DNA of 64,000 bases from Azolla caroliniana (taxonomy: Eukaryota; Plantae; Polypodiophyta), in the NCBI GenBank assembly GCA_043228905.1, contig JBHGNT010000010.1, positions 9,920,001-9,984,000 of the forward strand. The letters run 5' to 3'. The position numbers were made by a program, and so were the translations under genes. Under the pieces are notes generated by a model. It saw only the letters and a program-made list of their open reading frames with translations, searched no databases and had not been told where the DNA came from. Shown piece after piece: positions 10,376 through 23,450 of this stretch (position 1 is the stretch's first letter; each line of letters opens with the position of its first letter).

Positions 10376-13050
10376 ATACCGAGATGTCGACTCATCAAAG
10401 ACGACATCCCTACTCAATTGTACCTTCTTGGTGGAGGGGTTGAAACACTTATAGACTTTTTTCTCGAGTGAGCACCCTACGAGTATACATTTCTCAGACT
10501 TCGAATCGAGCTTTTGTCGCTTCTCGTTGGGAATATAGACATATGCTATTGAACCGAATATCCTGACATGGGATAGATCCAGTTTCTTCCCATAGAACTT
10601 TTCATAGGGGGTAACATAGTGCACTCTTGATGTTGTGCAACGATTCATCAAATAGACGTCTGTCTTTGCCGCTTCAATCCAATATGATTTTGGCAGATGT
10701 TTCTCGTTCATCAGTCCAATATGATTTTGGCAGATGTATCTCGTTCATCATTTCCCTTGCCATCTCGAGTATGTGTCGGTTCTTGTGTTCGGCTACCATT
10801 CTACTGAGGTGTATGTTGATAGGTAAACTCCCACCGAATTCCTTCTTGTTGAACGTATGTTGTAAAGGCGTCAGAAAAATACTCCTTGTCGTCGTCCGAT
10901 CGAAGGCATCAGACATGCCGACCGGTTTCCTTTTCAATTTTGTTTTTGAACTTTTGGAAGTGTCCGAACACTTTGCTCTTTTGCCACATAGGGTAGATCC
11001 AGGTATGTCTGGAGAAGTCGTCGATGAATGTTACGTAGTATCGGCAACCACTAAATGTTGTCGTTTGGGTTGGTCCCTAAACATCTGAATGTATTACATC
11101 CAGCATCCCTTTGCTTATATTCTTGTCTTTTGGGAATGTTATATTCCTTTGCTTATCTGGCCAACTGAGACCAAGTTCTTTGTTATTGTATGAACATGCA
11201 GAACGTTGTTGATGTAGGTTTGGTTGCCTTCTTTCCCAAATGGGACATTGCCGACATGTTGAATGGGGTGCATTGTATCATCTCCAGTTTCCACATAGTC
11301 GTGTCATTTGGGCTTTCGTAGCTCCTTGAACCAATCCTCATGGGATGTCATGTGGTTGGATGCAGCCGAGTCGACAAAACATACATCTTCTAGTTTGGAG
11401 GTGTTGGTTGGGTTGGAGGCTCTCATCAAGTTCGCTCTGTGCATCATCACAAACATTCCGCCATGATTGTCATAGTCGGAGTTGGAGGTGTAGTTTGTGA
11501 GTTGTCGACTTGTGGAGGCCGACACACTCTTTGTTTTCCGACACTCTGCCTCATAGTGGCCAAATTTACCATAGTATCTGCACTAGGCAGGATTTTTTTG
11601 CCGACTGGGTCTGGCCTGATTGCTCCTCCCTCTTCCAAAAGCTCTGCTTCATGCGTTCAAAACGTCTTGTCGGTAGTAGAAGTTATGTTCTCGGGGTTGC
11701 TCTTGGTTGTGTTAGCCTTGGCCGACTCACTTTTCATTTTCTGACACTTTGCCTCATAGTGGCTGAATTTACCACAATATTCGCATTGGGCAAGATTGTT
11801 TTGTTGGCATGGTCCGACCTGATTAAAACATTTGGACGCTCTGCCTCGCATGTTCGAAACATCTTGTCGGTAGTAGAAGTTATGTGCTCAAGGTTGCTCT
11901 TGGTTGTGTCAGCCTTGGCCAAATCAGCCTCTTCTTCCATGACCTTGTCCTCTTCCTCATCAAAGTTCGAATAGAGAATTTTTCCTTCTTGTGCATTGCT
12001 TCTTGTTCGAACATGCTTTTCCTCGACCAACAGTACCATTGACTGGAGATCGAAGGAGGGAGGATTCTCCCTTGTGAGGACGGCCGACCGAATGGCACCA
12101 TTTCATCATCATCAATGCAAACATTGATCGACCCAAGGGCATCACACAAATCCTTGATTTTAAAACTGTAGTACCGATTGACATGTCCCTCTGTTGTATA
12201 CCGTTCAACTCTTCACGGAATTGAAGCTTTCTTGTGGTGGTATTGGCCACGAAAATCTTCTTGAGGTTCCCCCATACCTCCTTCGGCATTTTGGCCTCTC
12301 GAATAGCCGAGCATGTGATCATGGATGCATGATGCAAGGCAGTACAACACATGATTTGCCGCTTGCTCCCAAGTTGGGTAGTCGGCATATGTTGGGTTGG
12401 GTTGATTCTCGTTTTCTCCTTCGACATAACTCCAAAAGCCTTGGCCGACAAGGTATTGGTGCATCTTGTACTCCCAAGATGCAAAGTTGTTTTTGTCAAG
12501 CTTCTCGGTAGGAAGAGTGCTTCCCATCTGAGTGGTCATTGTCGAACTTCTTCTGCTTATCTTCTTTGATGCGAACTGTGCAAGTTGCTGCTACAACAAT
12601 GAACCGGTTCTTTCCGAACGTGGGATTGATCACAACACACACAGAGGTGATGGGCTTGGATCAAGCTACCACGCGCTCTGATACCATGTAAAGCAATCGG
12701 ATGGATGATTCTGTGCAACCGAAGAATTATGTGCGTGTGTGGAGAGAGAGAGAGAGAGATACAAACAGACAGACAGAAAAATTGAAAATTGTATTAACAA
12801 GGAGACCAGAATAACCAACACTGTTACAAAGAGAAGGAGAATGTGCTTATGTAGTCACCTTCTCTCTAAGTTCTCTCACTAGTACCGCCTCTTGGGAAAG
12901 AGGTCGTGTCTTAACTACTTAAAGAATATGTGTCATAGGACATTAACTTCTATGACACACTAGTTACTATACAAGGAGGTGGGGTATTTACACACTTGAG
13001 TATCCTAGAGTGTGTTCCCACTCACGGGAAGTTGAGTTTGATTCTCAACA
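10376..13050 (-). mobile_element. Ty1/copia copy B: 5' LTR, tRNA-Met PBS, gag, protease and integrase (degraded)
   Basis: LTR 12687-13050 (TGTAAAG...CTCAACA); PBS TGGTATCAGAGC at 12675-12686; gag EKLDKNNFASW; protease FVDSAASNHMT; integrase KLDSKSEKCILVG...SRDVVFDE. Confidence 0.85.
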
Positions 13051-13079
13051 ATGAGAAATAAACATTATACACCCTCCTA

Positions 13080-13850
13080 TGTCTTGCAATAGAACCACTT
13101 TACATTGAGATCATGGCCCTTGAAAGGATTGTCAAACACATTCTTAAGTTTCAAAAAAGTCCCTCTCCTCAAATTCTTGAAATCATATAGGAAACAAGAA
13201 AAAAGGTCCAAAAACATATAAAAGAACATTTTAGGGTTTGGTTAGTCGATTCAAACCTTGGTATTGGTGGCCAACACAAATATGCAAGGTTCCATCTGTC
13301 TTTCCAAAATATAGGATAGGACCCTCAACAAGAGACTTGAAATGATAGGTGACCAAATTGTCATCGATGTAGCACTTGAGGACTTTGAGCTTTGACTCAG
13401 AAAGGATATAGATTTGGCCAAAAGGGGTTGAGGTGCCAAGCAATAGATCAATCCTACAAACATAGATAATGCTCGAGAAACCGATCAAAATTCCTCTTTA
13501 TGGACACACCCATGAAAGTTTTTTACTTAAGTCAAATGCATGGCAAGCAAGGCGATCGTTTAGGCGACATTCAGGCTTACTTGCAAACAGGGTTGGGGAT
13601 GAGTGGGCAATTGGCAGCGCTATTATAAATATTGCAATTGTGTGTCGCAACCGCCGAGGTTCTGTGACTTGGGGATGATTGGTATGACAAGGCATAATCG
13701 CAAATGGTGCAATGGCAAGAAAATGAGATAGATGCGTTGTTGAGAAAAGAAAATTAATTGATTTAAAACACTTATAATATTTGTTTGCCAAAAGTTGTTT
13801 TGGCAAGACTTGACCTAACTCCTCCCCTTTTGGGATAAAGGCTTTTGTGG
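13080..13850 (-). pseudogene. Highly degraded gypsy gag/RT remnant
   Basis: PFGQIYILSESKLKVLKCYIDDNL...PILYFGKTDGTLHICV resembles the chromovirus RT N-terminus. Confidence 0.55.
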
Positions 13851-15199
13851 TAAATCACTTCAACCTTTTTATTCCTTTCTTATTTTTTTATTTTTCCTAT
13901 TTACTATTTTTATCTTACAAAACTCATTTACCAAAATAAATTGCTTTGGAAAAATTCAAACTCGCAACCTCTCCTTAAGGAGTGTTTTTTAGACCTTCCT
14001 TAAGGTGGTTTGTTCACTGTTTCACGCATGACAGTTGTGTTCTTTTGTTAAATTTTAAATCTCCATTATAAAATTATGCCTTTTGACAAATTACAAAATT
14101 ATCCTTATTTTATCTCGACCTCTTCCCTCCGACATAATTACATTTTTGTCCTTAACAATCTTGAACCTAGCATGATCCTTCTGGAGACTATATCTTGGGC
14201 TTCCGAACTCCAATTCATGAACTATAAAACCGTATGTGCTCCTATTGCAAGCTCCTGGTGGTGGGACAATATCATTTTTAACACTTCACATTGGTTTGAT
14301 ATCATGAAGCCTCAACTTCACAACCGTGCAATAAATGCACCAATTATAGAAATGGATTATAGTGAAGTAAGGGCATGAGAGGGAGCAAAAACAAATATCA
14401 ATGTAAAGAATGGATCCTATGTCTGGGTTCTCCATAGTATAGGTAGAGATTGTTATCTTGATGATTTTCTTGTTGGCTATATGTCTTGTTATCTTTATGA
14501 TGTGAGCAACTAGAATCAAAACCTATCTATCTCCTCGGGTGATCAAAACTATTAACTAGCGTGTAGTTTACCAATGTTGGAGGCATCATTGGTGTTAGCA
14601 TTGGTTGTTGTCACATCATACAACATTGCTAATGCCACACTAAGGGTGAATACTTAGATATTCTAAAGTCAAGTAATTTTTTACATCAGTTTGGATCCCA
14701 CCACACAAATGTTTGGGGAGAGCTTCGTAATCCAATTGGCATGGGTTACCTAAGTTGAACGACATAAAGATGTTATACTACGCATGGGCTACATAACACC
14801 ACATTACCCAAAGGCACCCTACACACCTTTCTATCCTTAATGTCTACTTGTTGAAGATGAAGAGGCAAATTCGATGAAAGTTCTAAACTAAATGCTTATA
14901 TTCTAAGTCCTTTTCTGTCCATGACCTCTTTTATACACTTAGGAATGAATGAGAGTAGAAGATAAGAGTAAGATAAAGGAATAACAAAAAAACAAAATGT
15001 CATTAGAGCTTAACACGTGCTATGTAGAAATAATAACATAATTCCTTTCTACATTCCATACCCCTTTTACACAAGCACCACAAAAAGTTTATATCGGTAT
15101 ATATGATGGATGAGCTACTATCCCATACTTTAGCTTTAATGTTCTGCTCATTATGCCACTTGAACATAGGTCATTTTCCTTTCTAAAGTTTTAGAATTC

Positions 15200-16400
15200 C
15201 TATTAAGGTATTATCTATGTTTTCTACCAATATTAAAATGATGGCATTTTGGCTATTTCACACACACTTAATGGCCAACAACACTTCCCCCACCTTGTGC
15301 ACCAATTTTTGCCTTTGTATGTATCTCTCCACCAAGAATTGTTGACCATACCTCCATACAAGAAATGGCCATGACAATATGCCTATTAGGATTGACAAAA
15401 TTCCTTATTGCCTTTGAATTAGAACATCATGAATCCAATTCTTCCACAAGGCAAAGTCTTCGTATAAAAATTCCACTTTTGGAAAAAAAAAAATCCAAAT
15501 GTACAATAGTTCTCTTTGCAAAGCTCTCAACTCAAACACACAAGAGCACACACAAATACCCAAAAGCCACAAGTTCTTCATATATACTTGGCCTATTGAG
15601 TGGTGCAATTGGCATCCCCCATATTTACATCGCATTATTCCTATGATCGCCCTATTGATTAAAAACCTAGAATGATGCCACACATAGTTCCATATATGGT
15701 TTATCACTTGTTCAATCAAAAATGATTTGTCAAGAAGGTTCTTTGCAATTGGTTGATTTTCATCATAGACCCAACTAAATGATTGTCCCAAACAAATGGT
15801 TGTTTCCTCTTATCCCAAAGTTGTAGGAGCTAATCCAAGTCACATGCTAATTCACAAATATTGATCCCAAATGCATACAATCTTGTTAGATCTCACAAAG
15901 GTGTCGAATTGAAGAGAATGTTTTGTACTCAATCTTGGTCATCTTAAGAACACAATTATTTTATTAGGGTTCACTAATGTTCCTACAATTTTCTAACATA
16001 TACTTGGTGATATATTGTAAGAAAATTTCAGATCTTTGGATTACCTTACAACTCATCCAACACTCAAAAAAGTCATTTCAACATCCACATCAAGGTGCAA
16101 TGGTGGGGATTTTATCCATTGCCCCAACACAATGATTGTCCCAAAGAAATGCCTTTTTTGTCTTGCCCCAAAGTTGTGGTAACAAGTCCAAGTCAATGTT
16201 TTTCTACAAATATTGATATTCTTTGATGCATACAATATTATTAGACCTTATGAAGGTGATGAATCAAACACAACGTTTTGTACTCAATATTGGTCAGCTT
16301 GAGTACACAATTATACTTTTCGGGCTCACCAATGTTCCTACAATTTTCCAACATATGGCTAATGATATCTTTCGGATATTTGTCAAATTACATTACAGCT
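15200..16400 (+). pseudogene. Two tandem degraded gypsy RT fragments
   Basis: FGLTNVPTIFQHMANDIFR at ~16310-16375 and a related copy at ~15950-16020. Confidence 0.55.
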
Positions 16401-17232
16401 CATCAAGTTGTTTTATTACATTCAACAGGTTTTTTCTTTTATCTCACTCAGCTCCATACATGATTACTAAGGGTGAAACTTGTTCTGAGGTATCTTTGCA
16501 TTAAGATATATATAGAAAAATTATAAAACCAGTTTATAAAATTTATCTGTGATGAATTGTATCAAATACACGTCTGTTAATGATTCCAATAACATGAATT
16601 CAATTAGGTTCATGCCTATGGGAAAGATTGGGAAATAAATGCTACAAGCTATGAGATATGTGAGCTAGATACACAATTTTACTATAATAAATACCTACAA
16701 TCACCCCAAGATAAATTAGGAACGTGTTTCCCATCTGCTTTACCTCTTCAGCTAGTGAAAACTGATAATGTGACAGCCCGAAAACATCATTCGATGTATT
16801 CATCACTCTTTAAGTGATCCTAGGGTTTGAACCATTTTCCGATTTGAGCTTCATTTTCCACTGTACACCATTGATGTAATTTCACAAGGGAGCATCACCA
16901 TTTTGTATTATTTAGGTACAAGATGCTCATCTTCTGGCCAAGGAATTGTCATTTTATGTACCGAGTTTTGGCACCATAGGCCACCTTGGCCTTAAGGAGA
17001 CTCGGTAATCCTTCTTTCAGTTGTCTCCTTTGTCGTGGTGGTGTTTCATTGCAGAAATCACATAGATATCAAAGTTTATTGATTATATGAGCTTTGATTG
17101 AGTTTTAATAGCTCCAATGAGAAATAACTAGTGCTGAAACACGCACACACACTCATTCACAAGATGATGTACTTGGAAATGGAGGGTGTTAATATCATGT
17201 GAATATCATGTGATGATTGTGTGTGAGGAGAA

Positions 17233-20200
17233 TCAGCATGTGAGAGGAGCATGAAAATCAATTTTGCGGCCAACAGCAACAAGCTTGTGCATAGCACAAT
17301 CTTCTATCTGCCGGATTCGCTCCCTTGAGATCCCAAACCTATGAAAATATCAAAAGAGAATGAAACAGAATATATTAAATAGCACTTCCGCATTGTGTCA
17401 ATTGATGTTTTTTTCTTAGATACAGACCCATTTTCCTTTGATTTATTGTAGCTGCTAATGCTGCTGCTTTTGTTCAGATTAGTATATTTACCTGTGGCTG
17501 ATCTTTCGGAGGGACAGTGCCTTCCCATCTGCATGGCCCAGCCCATAATGAAGCCGCACAATCTCTCGCTCTCGTTGATTCAGCATCTTACCCAATAAAT
17601 CATCCACATCCTCCTGACACAAAAGAATGCCAGCTTCATAATACTAACCCATTTTTCATGTGTACAGTACTAACAGGCCATAAACAAAGCATGAAAAATG
17701 ATATAAAATGTACTACAATACTCACTCTCATGCTTTTTTTCTCAACCAGCACCCAAGGGTCGCTTTCAGGATGAGTATCTGCAACATACTAATGTAACAG
17801 AAAACAGAGTGAGATAAGCCTTCACTGCATTTCAAACACGCAACAAATAAGTACATTCATAATAGGTGTAAAAAGAAGGGTGTGCCACTGATATGAAAAT
17901 TCCCTAAACAACTGCAAAGAGGAGTGTGAAGTAAATTTTTGCTCGTAAAAAAAGACCATGGCAAATACATTGGATGCTAAGGTGTATAAGAATAAAGCAC
18001 GATATGAAAGGTTCAAGAGTTAAAAGACGACGGAACTTGAAGGGATATAAAGTTGGAGGCGTTTTTGAAATGTAGAAAAAGCAACAAAAAAGACACAGAA
18101 AAAAGGCAGAAAAAGCAAGGCAAAGAAAAAAGCTCATAACTTCTTCATCTCAGATCCAAATTTCAAAAGAAAATATTCGTAAGAAAGCTGATGAAGAGAG
18201 ATTTCTTGTATGATAGATTTGGGATGACAAAGCAAAAATAGTGATATAAAGAAACACCTCACATAAACTCGAGGATATGTAAAAAGAAAGAAAAGAAAAG
18301 AAAAAAGCAAGAGTAACGCAACTAAAAACCTATAAATAGGAATGTATTCTTCACAATTAGGGGGGAGAAAGAATAAGAAGGCTAGAAGAAGTGAAGGGAG
18401 TCTTAGTAGAAGAAAGAGAGAAGAAGGAAAGACTATTATTGACAAGTGTGATTGAGATTAACATAGTTCTTTGGTGGGGTTATTCTTTTTAGAGTCCGAG
18501 AAGATTGTATTGTTTTCCTAATAGTATATTGAAGTATTCTTTTCTCTTCCTCTTCTCTTCTCTATCATTTTTCTATCTCTCCTCATCAAGGAGAATTACA
18601 GAATAGAATATCCCTTTTGACAGATATGATTCACAATACCATGTCAACCATGCCAATGAGTCCCAATGTCCACGAAAATGGCAAACAACCTTGAAGCAAT
18701 TGAGACAACACTTCACATGCTTTCGCTTGTTTGGTCTGATATGCCATTTTGGTCTCTTAAAAGACGTTAATATATCTTTCTTTCTTCTTTCTTTCTCTCT
18801 GGGTTCAGCATATGACCTTCGAGTGTCCGTCCAGGTTCACTTGCCAACTAGCATGCGTCCATCCCTCTTTTTTCTCCTTCTTTTGCACTGGTTATTGCAT
18901 TTATACAATATGTAACGAAACAAAAGGTGAATATGGTGCATAACAAGAGTGCAAGTGGCCACCTCTTCTAGATGGTGGATGTACTTCTTATGCTGAGACA
19001 TTAGAGGAATTGTTCCAGTGTAACCACAAGACATGATATTGAACATGAAAAAATGCATTGTGCAAAGCTACAGGATGCACGATGGGTATTAGCATAAAGA
19101 GGGATGTAAAAGGGCCACCTCATAATGTATATTTCGATGATGAGTATAAGGCAGCCAAACACAAACTAAAGGCCACTTATGAATATACCAAAAGGCGCAT
19201 GGACAAATGTACCAAAGGAATTCAAACAACCTCAAAGGAAAGAAACAAAGACAATCTGAACATGATAAAGAGACATAAAATCCATTAAATCTTCAAAAAA
19301 GGATGCCAAAGGGGCATGGAGAGCTATCAATGGAAAGTTCCTGGAACCCAAAAGGACAGTTCTACTCAGCTGAAATCTAGGCATATATGGAACAATTATA
19401 AATGAAGAATGAAAGATCCATGATTGACATGTTTCTCTTCATGCACATAGAAGCTTTTGAGAATGAGGTAATGAGAACTGTGAAAAAAATTCAAAATGGA
19501 ACGGCAGCAGAAATGTGATTGGCCCAGTGGTGAAATAATGGATACATGCATTATTAAATCAAGCAATAGCCCAAGTTTTCGTCAAGATTGCCAAGATGAT
19601 TGGATCAAAACATACATGGGGGGAATAGAAAGCAGTTCACCAGCTATCACTTGAAGCCAAAGAATGGGCTTAAAAGACATCAAAAGAGTTGTTAAACAAG
19701 CAAACTTCCCGCCCAAACAAAGCACTAATGTTCATCTCAGTCATTTATGGGTCATAATGGAGGAGGGTCAACCTAAAGGACAACCTTTGTTTTTAATAGA
19801 TTTCAGGAACTCTTTCAACACAATCCGAAAGACAAAGGTACAGGAAACATTGGAGGAACTTCGCCAACACAAATGAAAGCAATAGTGGCCTGGTTATACT
19901 CGCAAGTAAGATGCAGGTTGTAGAGAAACATAGGCTTTTCAAGAGAGTTCATGAGCAACATGAGAGTGAACAAGGATGTCCTCTATCACCTACTCTATTT
20001 ACCCTATGCATTGACCAGCTAAAAGTATTCATTGAAGAAGCCTTGGGAGAACATGAGGAAAACCAACCATTGGAAACTTAGAACTATAATAGCTTCTCAT
20101 TTACGTTGACACTGTTAAAGTTTCAGCATATTTTCATCTGACAATGCAAAAGCTATTATATATGAAGCATAGGTTCTGTATGCATAGAGGCCTTGCAGTG

Positions 20201-22686
20201 AACATGGCTAAGACCAAAGTTAATCGTAGATTTGTCTTAGATCTTGAAGGAAGGCATACATACACTATGCAAGGTGTCCTTAGAACAAAATGGTCCCCAT
20301 CGCTTTGCTTTATCAAAGGATAACATTCTTTTTGTGGCCTGCGAGAACAAATTACAAATATATACAAACTTGACAAATTACCAGAAGTGGTTATAACCCA
20401 TTAAGCATAGAGCAAGATTGGATTTACCTTTAATGCAACAGTCACAGTTTCCTCTGGCATGTTTACAGCATGGGAAAGACTCTGCACAGTGCCCCACAAT
20501 GATTTATGTTATCCTTCATAATCTGAAAGACCTTTTACATACTTTTATTAAACCCCTTAAAAATCAATAGCCATTCTTACAGAAGCATGGAATGCACTCA
20601 TCAACTATATAGAACACTGATTTGAAGTTTTGGCTGTGACATAGGATTCTCTTGGGTTCAAACCAAATATGAACATTATTGGTTGGCATACATTTCACAA
20701 GTTTGCACAAGTTCCTCAGAGTATTTTATCTTGCCTGCTAACTGATAGCTTCTCTAAGCAAATGGCAATGTCAATCCCCTTTTCAAAACCTAACAGTTGA
20801 AAACAATACCATTGCCTTCCTTGGCCAATGGTAACAAATAAAAAGGCTACTTGTACATTCGTAAGCCAACATGATCAAACAATGGTTATTTTGATTGGAA
20901 CTCTTGTTATTTAGTTCAGAACTAGTATGTTAAGTTAACTACCTGAACTCAAGAGCACAATTTCTGAAAGAGAGAATAAACTTCCAAACATACCTTTACA
21001 GAAATAGGTTTTCTATCCATTGTCAATGCTTGAGCAGCCTTGTTGATAACACCTAGCCTATTATGAATATGTGCAGGCAATCTTACAGTCCTCGATTGCC
21101 CTGCTAAAGCACGAGTTATGCCCTGTAAGATTAAGGTGGGCCAGACCATCATTAGCAAGGACTCACATAAAATATTAGCCAACTAATGCCAACAAAAACC
21201 TGTTCAAAAATCATACTTGCCAAATCCACCAGTGCACATAAGTAGACAACCTGAAACCTTTTGTATGATCAAACTTTTCCAGTCCTCGTATAAGCCCAAC
21301 AGCACCTTCCTATGAATATATTACATAGCTATAAACACGCAGAGAAGGAAAACGAAATACAAACTAGTGGCTAAGCTGATATCATTATACCTGTACAAGC
21401 TCCGAAAAGCTCAATCCATGGCCAGTATATTTATTTGCAACAGAAAATACAAGCCGCATATTTGAGACCAACAATTGGTCTCGTGCACGGTCCGCCTCCA
21501 AGATTTTACCTTGCACTTGTATGAAGGACATGTTTACAGTTGAAGCCCATACACCATCAGAGGGTTCACTTCCAATGATTTGAGTGAGCCTGCAACCCAA
21601 CTCCCTTTCCATTTGAGAAATTGCACATGTGAAAAGTGAAACTAGGATATGCATTCAGCAGAAAGAAAAAACTAGAAACACAAAGACCTAAACTGTAACA
21701 ATGTTACGAGCATATCCACAATTAATGTGTTGATAATGGATAAAAAAGTTGAAATAAGGCTGGACAAAGGCCGAATTGGCGAGTAAGTAAAAGCGAGTCT
21801 AAATATAGCTACGGTCTTTGTAGGTCCGTGGGATTTTTCTATTTTCCCTAAGGATAGTGGTGGCATTGGCCAACTACACCCCTCACTGCAAAACCCAAGC
21901 CCATCATTTATCATGCTAAATTTGTCATAATTGATGGATTAGGTAATAATCCAATCCACGTTACAAACCTATCATTATCTAAATGAGCAAAACCGCGCTG
22001 CAATCTTACTTTGTTCTTACTGACTTGAGGTTCAAGCCTGCTTTCAGCTTCTTGGAAAGAATGATTTCCTCCTCTTTAGTCAGCAGCTCTCTGGTGCCTT
22101 TCAGACCCAAGGTTGTGACTGAAGCAAGAGCCGCGTCTATCCAGGTGGACGGTCCACCCTCCCCAGAAACAAGTGGCCGTACCCTAGAACAGGATGTCAA
22201 TGGCAAAGAGTTCATTACTTGGTTGCCTTCATTACTGCTGTCTTCAAAATTCTCTTTCTTCTTCGTCGTCTTCTTCTTCTTGTTCCTCCTTTTGTGATTC
22301 CGTGAGCTTAGAAGACGGCGTTCACGTGCCGATTTGCGGCCTGAAGAAACACAAATGTCTTGTTCACCACTTTCAGATGCCCATTGAGTCTCCAGCAAAG
22401 ACCTCTGCAGCTCGGTCAGCATCTGAAACCATGGAGATTCGGTCGGGATGGGAAGCATGTGCGCCTCTCTGTCTCTCTCCAGCCCAAAACCATAGCTCCT
22501 CCTCCTCCTCGCTGATGAACAAGCATCCAAAGTAGGCGTGAGTGGAGATGGAAATGGGGATGAAGAAGGTGGAATCAGCCTTTCCCCTTGAGTTTTAACA
22601 GAGCAGGCGACGATGATGAATCTATGAGACGGAAGCGTGGTGGGGAAGACTCTATCGCAAGGATTCTCCGCATGAATGTACCCACC

Positions 22687-22722
<36 letters not shown>

Positions 22723-22740
22723 GGTGGAGGCAAACGCCAT
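17233..22740 (-). CDS. Nuclear-encoded plastid RNA polymerase sigma-70 factor, SIG1/SIGX-like, 9 exons, 523 aa
   Basis: Exons 22740-22010, 21589-21391, 21309-21217, 21122-20994, 20481-20428, 20338-20264, 17788-17726, 17613-17492, 17338-17233. All introns GT-AG and phase-consistent, total 1572 nt. Motifs: [74 protein letters not shown]. Confidence 0.92.
19000..20230 (+). pseudogene. Degraded non-LTR retrotransposon RT remnant in sigma intron 6
   Basis: FLIDFRNSF and [10 protein letters not shown]-like motifs at ~19790-20015. Confidence 0.6.
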
Positions 22741-23160
22741 ATATTTTATGTTGATCTGAACCTTGCCTCTTTCTGCATAGCTCTACAGATTCTCGCTCTC
22801 TCTCTCTCTCTCTCCTCAAATTTGATCTCCTCTGTCGGCTGCCTTCTTCCTTCTTCCTTCTTACTTACACAGGGAAGCTCAGTTCAAATTTGGTGATTAG
22901 GGAAGGAGGGAAGAGAATATCCTCCTCCGCCTCCTCCTCCTCCTCCTGCTGCTGCTGCTGCTGCTGCTGCTGAGGATATAGTGTGATTGATTGAGTGAAA
23001 AATCCACACTCTGTATGTATGTATGTATGTATGTATGTATACGTATAATGTATGTATGTATATGTATCATGTATGTATGTATGTATATGTATCATGTACG
23101 TATGTATATACAAAATCTATCATTATCATCATATGTATGTATACATACTGATATATATAT
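22687..23160. repeat. Microsatellite cluster: coding (CAT)12, (CT)n, (CTC)n/(CTG)n and (TGTA)n around the sigma gene 5' end
   Basis: 22687-22722, ~22797-22813, ~22930-22972 and ~23012-23160, read directly. Confidence 0.9.
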
Positions 23161-23450
23161 CAGTAAACATTCGGTTAAGTGCGCACTTTTGATTCTCAGG
23201 GAAAAATGTGCGCATCTAACCAAGCCGCTTACTTACGGCTTTTTACACACAAAAAAATTTTCCCCAAATTTTGTTTTCTCTACACATTTTAGAGAGCGTA
23301 GCCCCAACAACCACCGATCAAACCCTGTTTGCTCCTTAATTGATCCCGCGCAACTGCTTAGAATACTATCCCTTCACCACATTTCTTCTCAAAACACTAT
23401 TTGTGCTCCTACTGTCTTCTCCGGGTACGTAGATTATCTGTGCATTTTCG

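Noticed and set aside
2961-13050. LTRs 2961-3266 and 12687-13050 as one element
   Set aside because: Only the termini match and the flanks differ (GTTTT vs ATGAG); the true partner of the first is 9987-10122
20942-20964. Extra sigma micro-exon
   Set aside because: Would need a 29-nt intron and contains an in-frame TGA; the 9-exon model is complete without it
17233-22740. Bacterial contaminant or recent transfer of rpoD
   Set aside because: Eight GT-AG introns and a long N-terminal extension typical of nuclear plastid sigma genes
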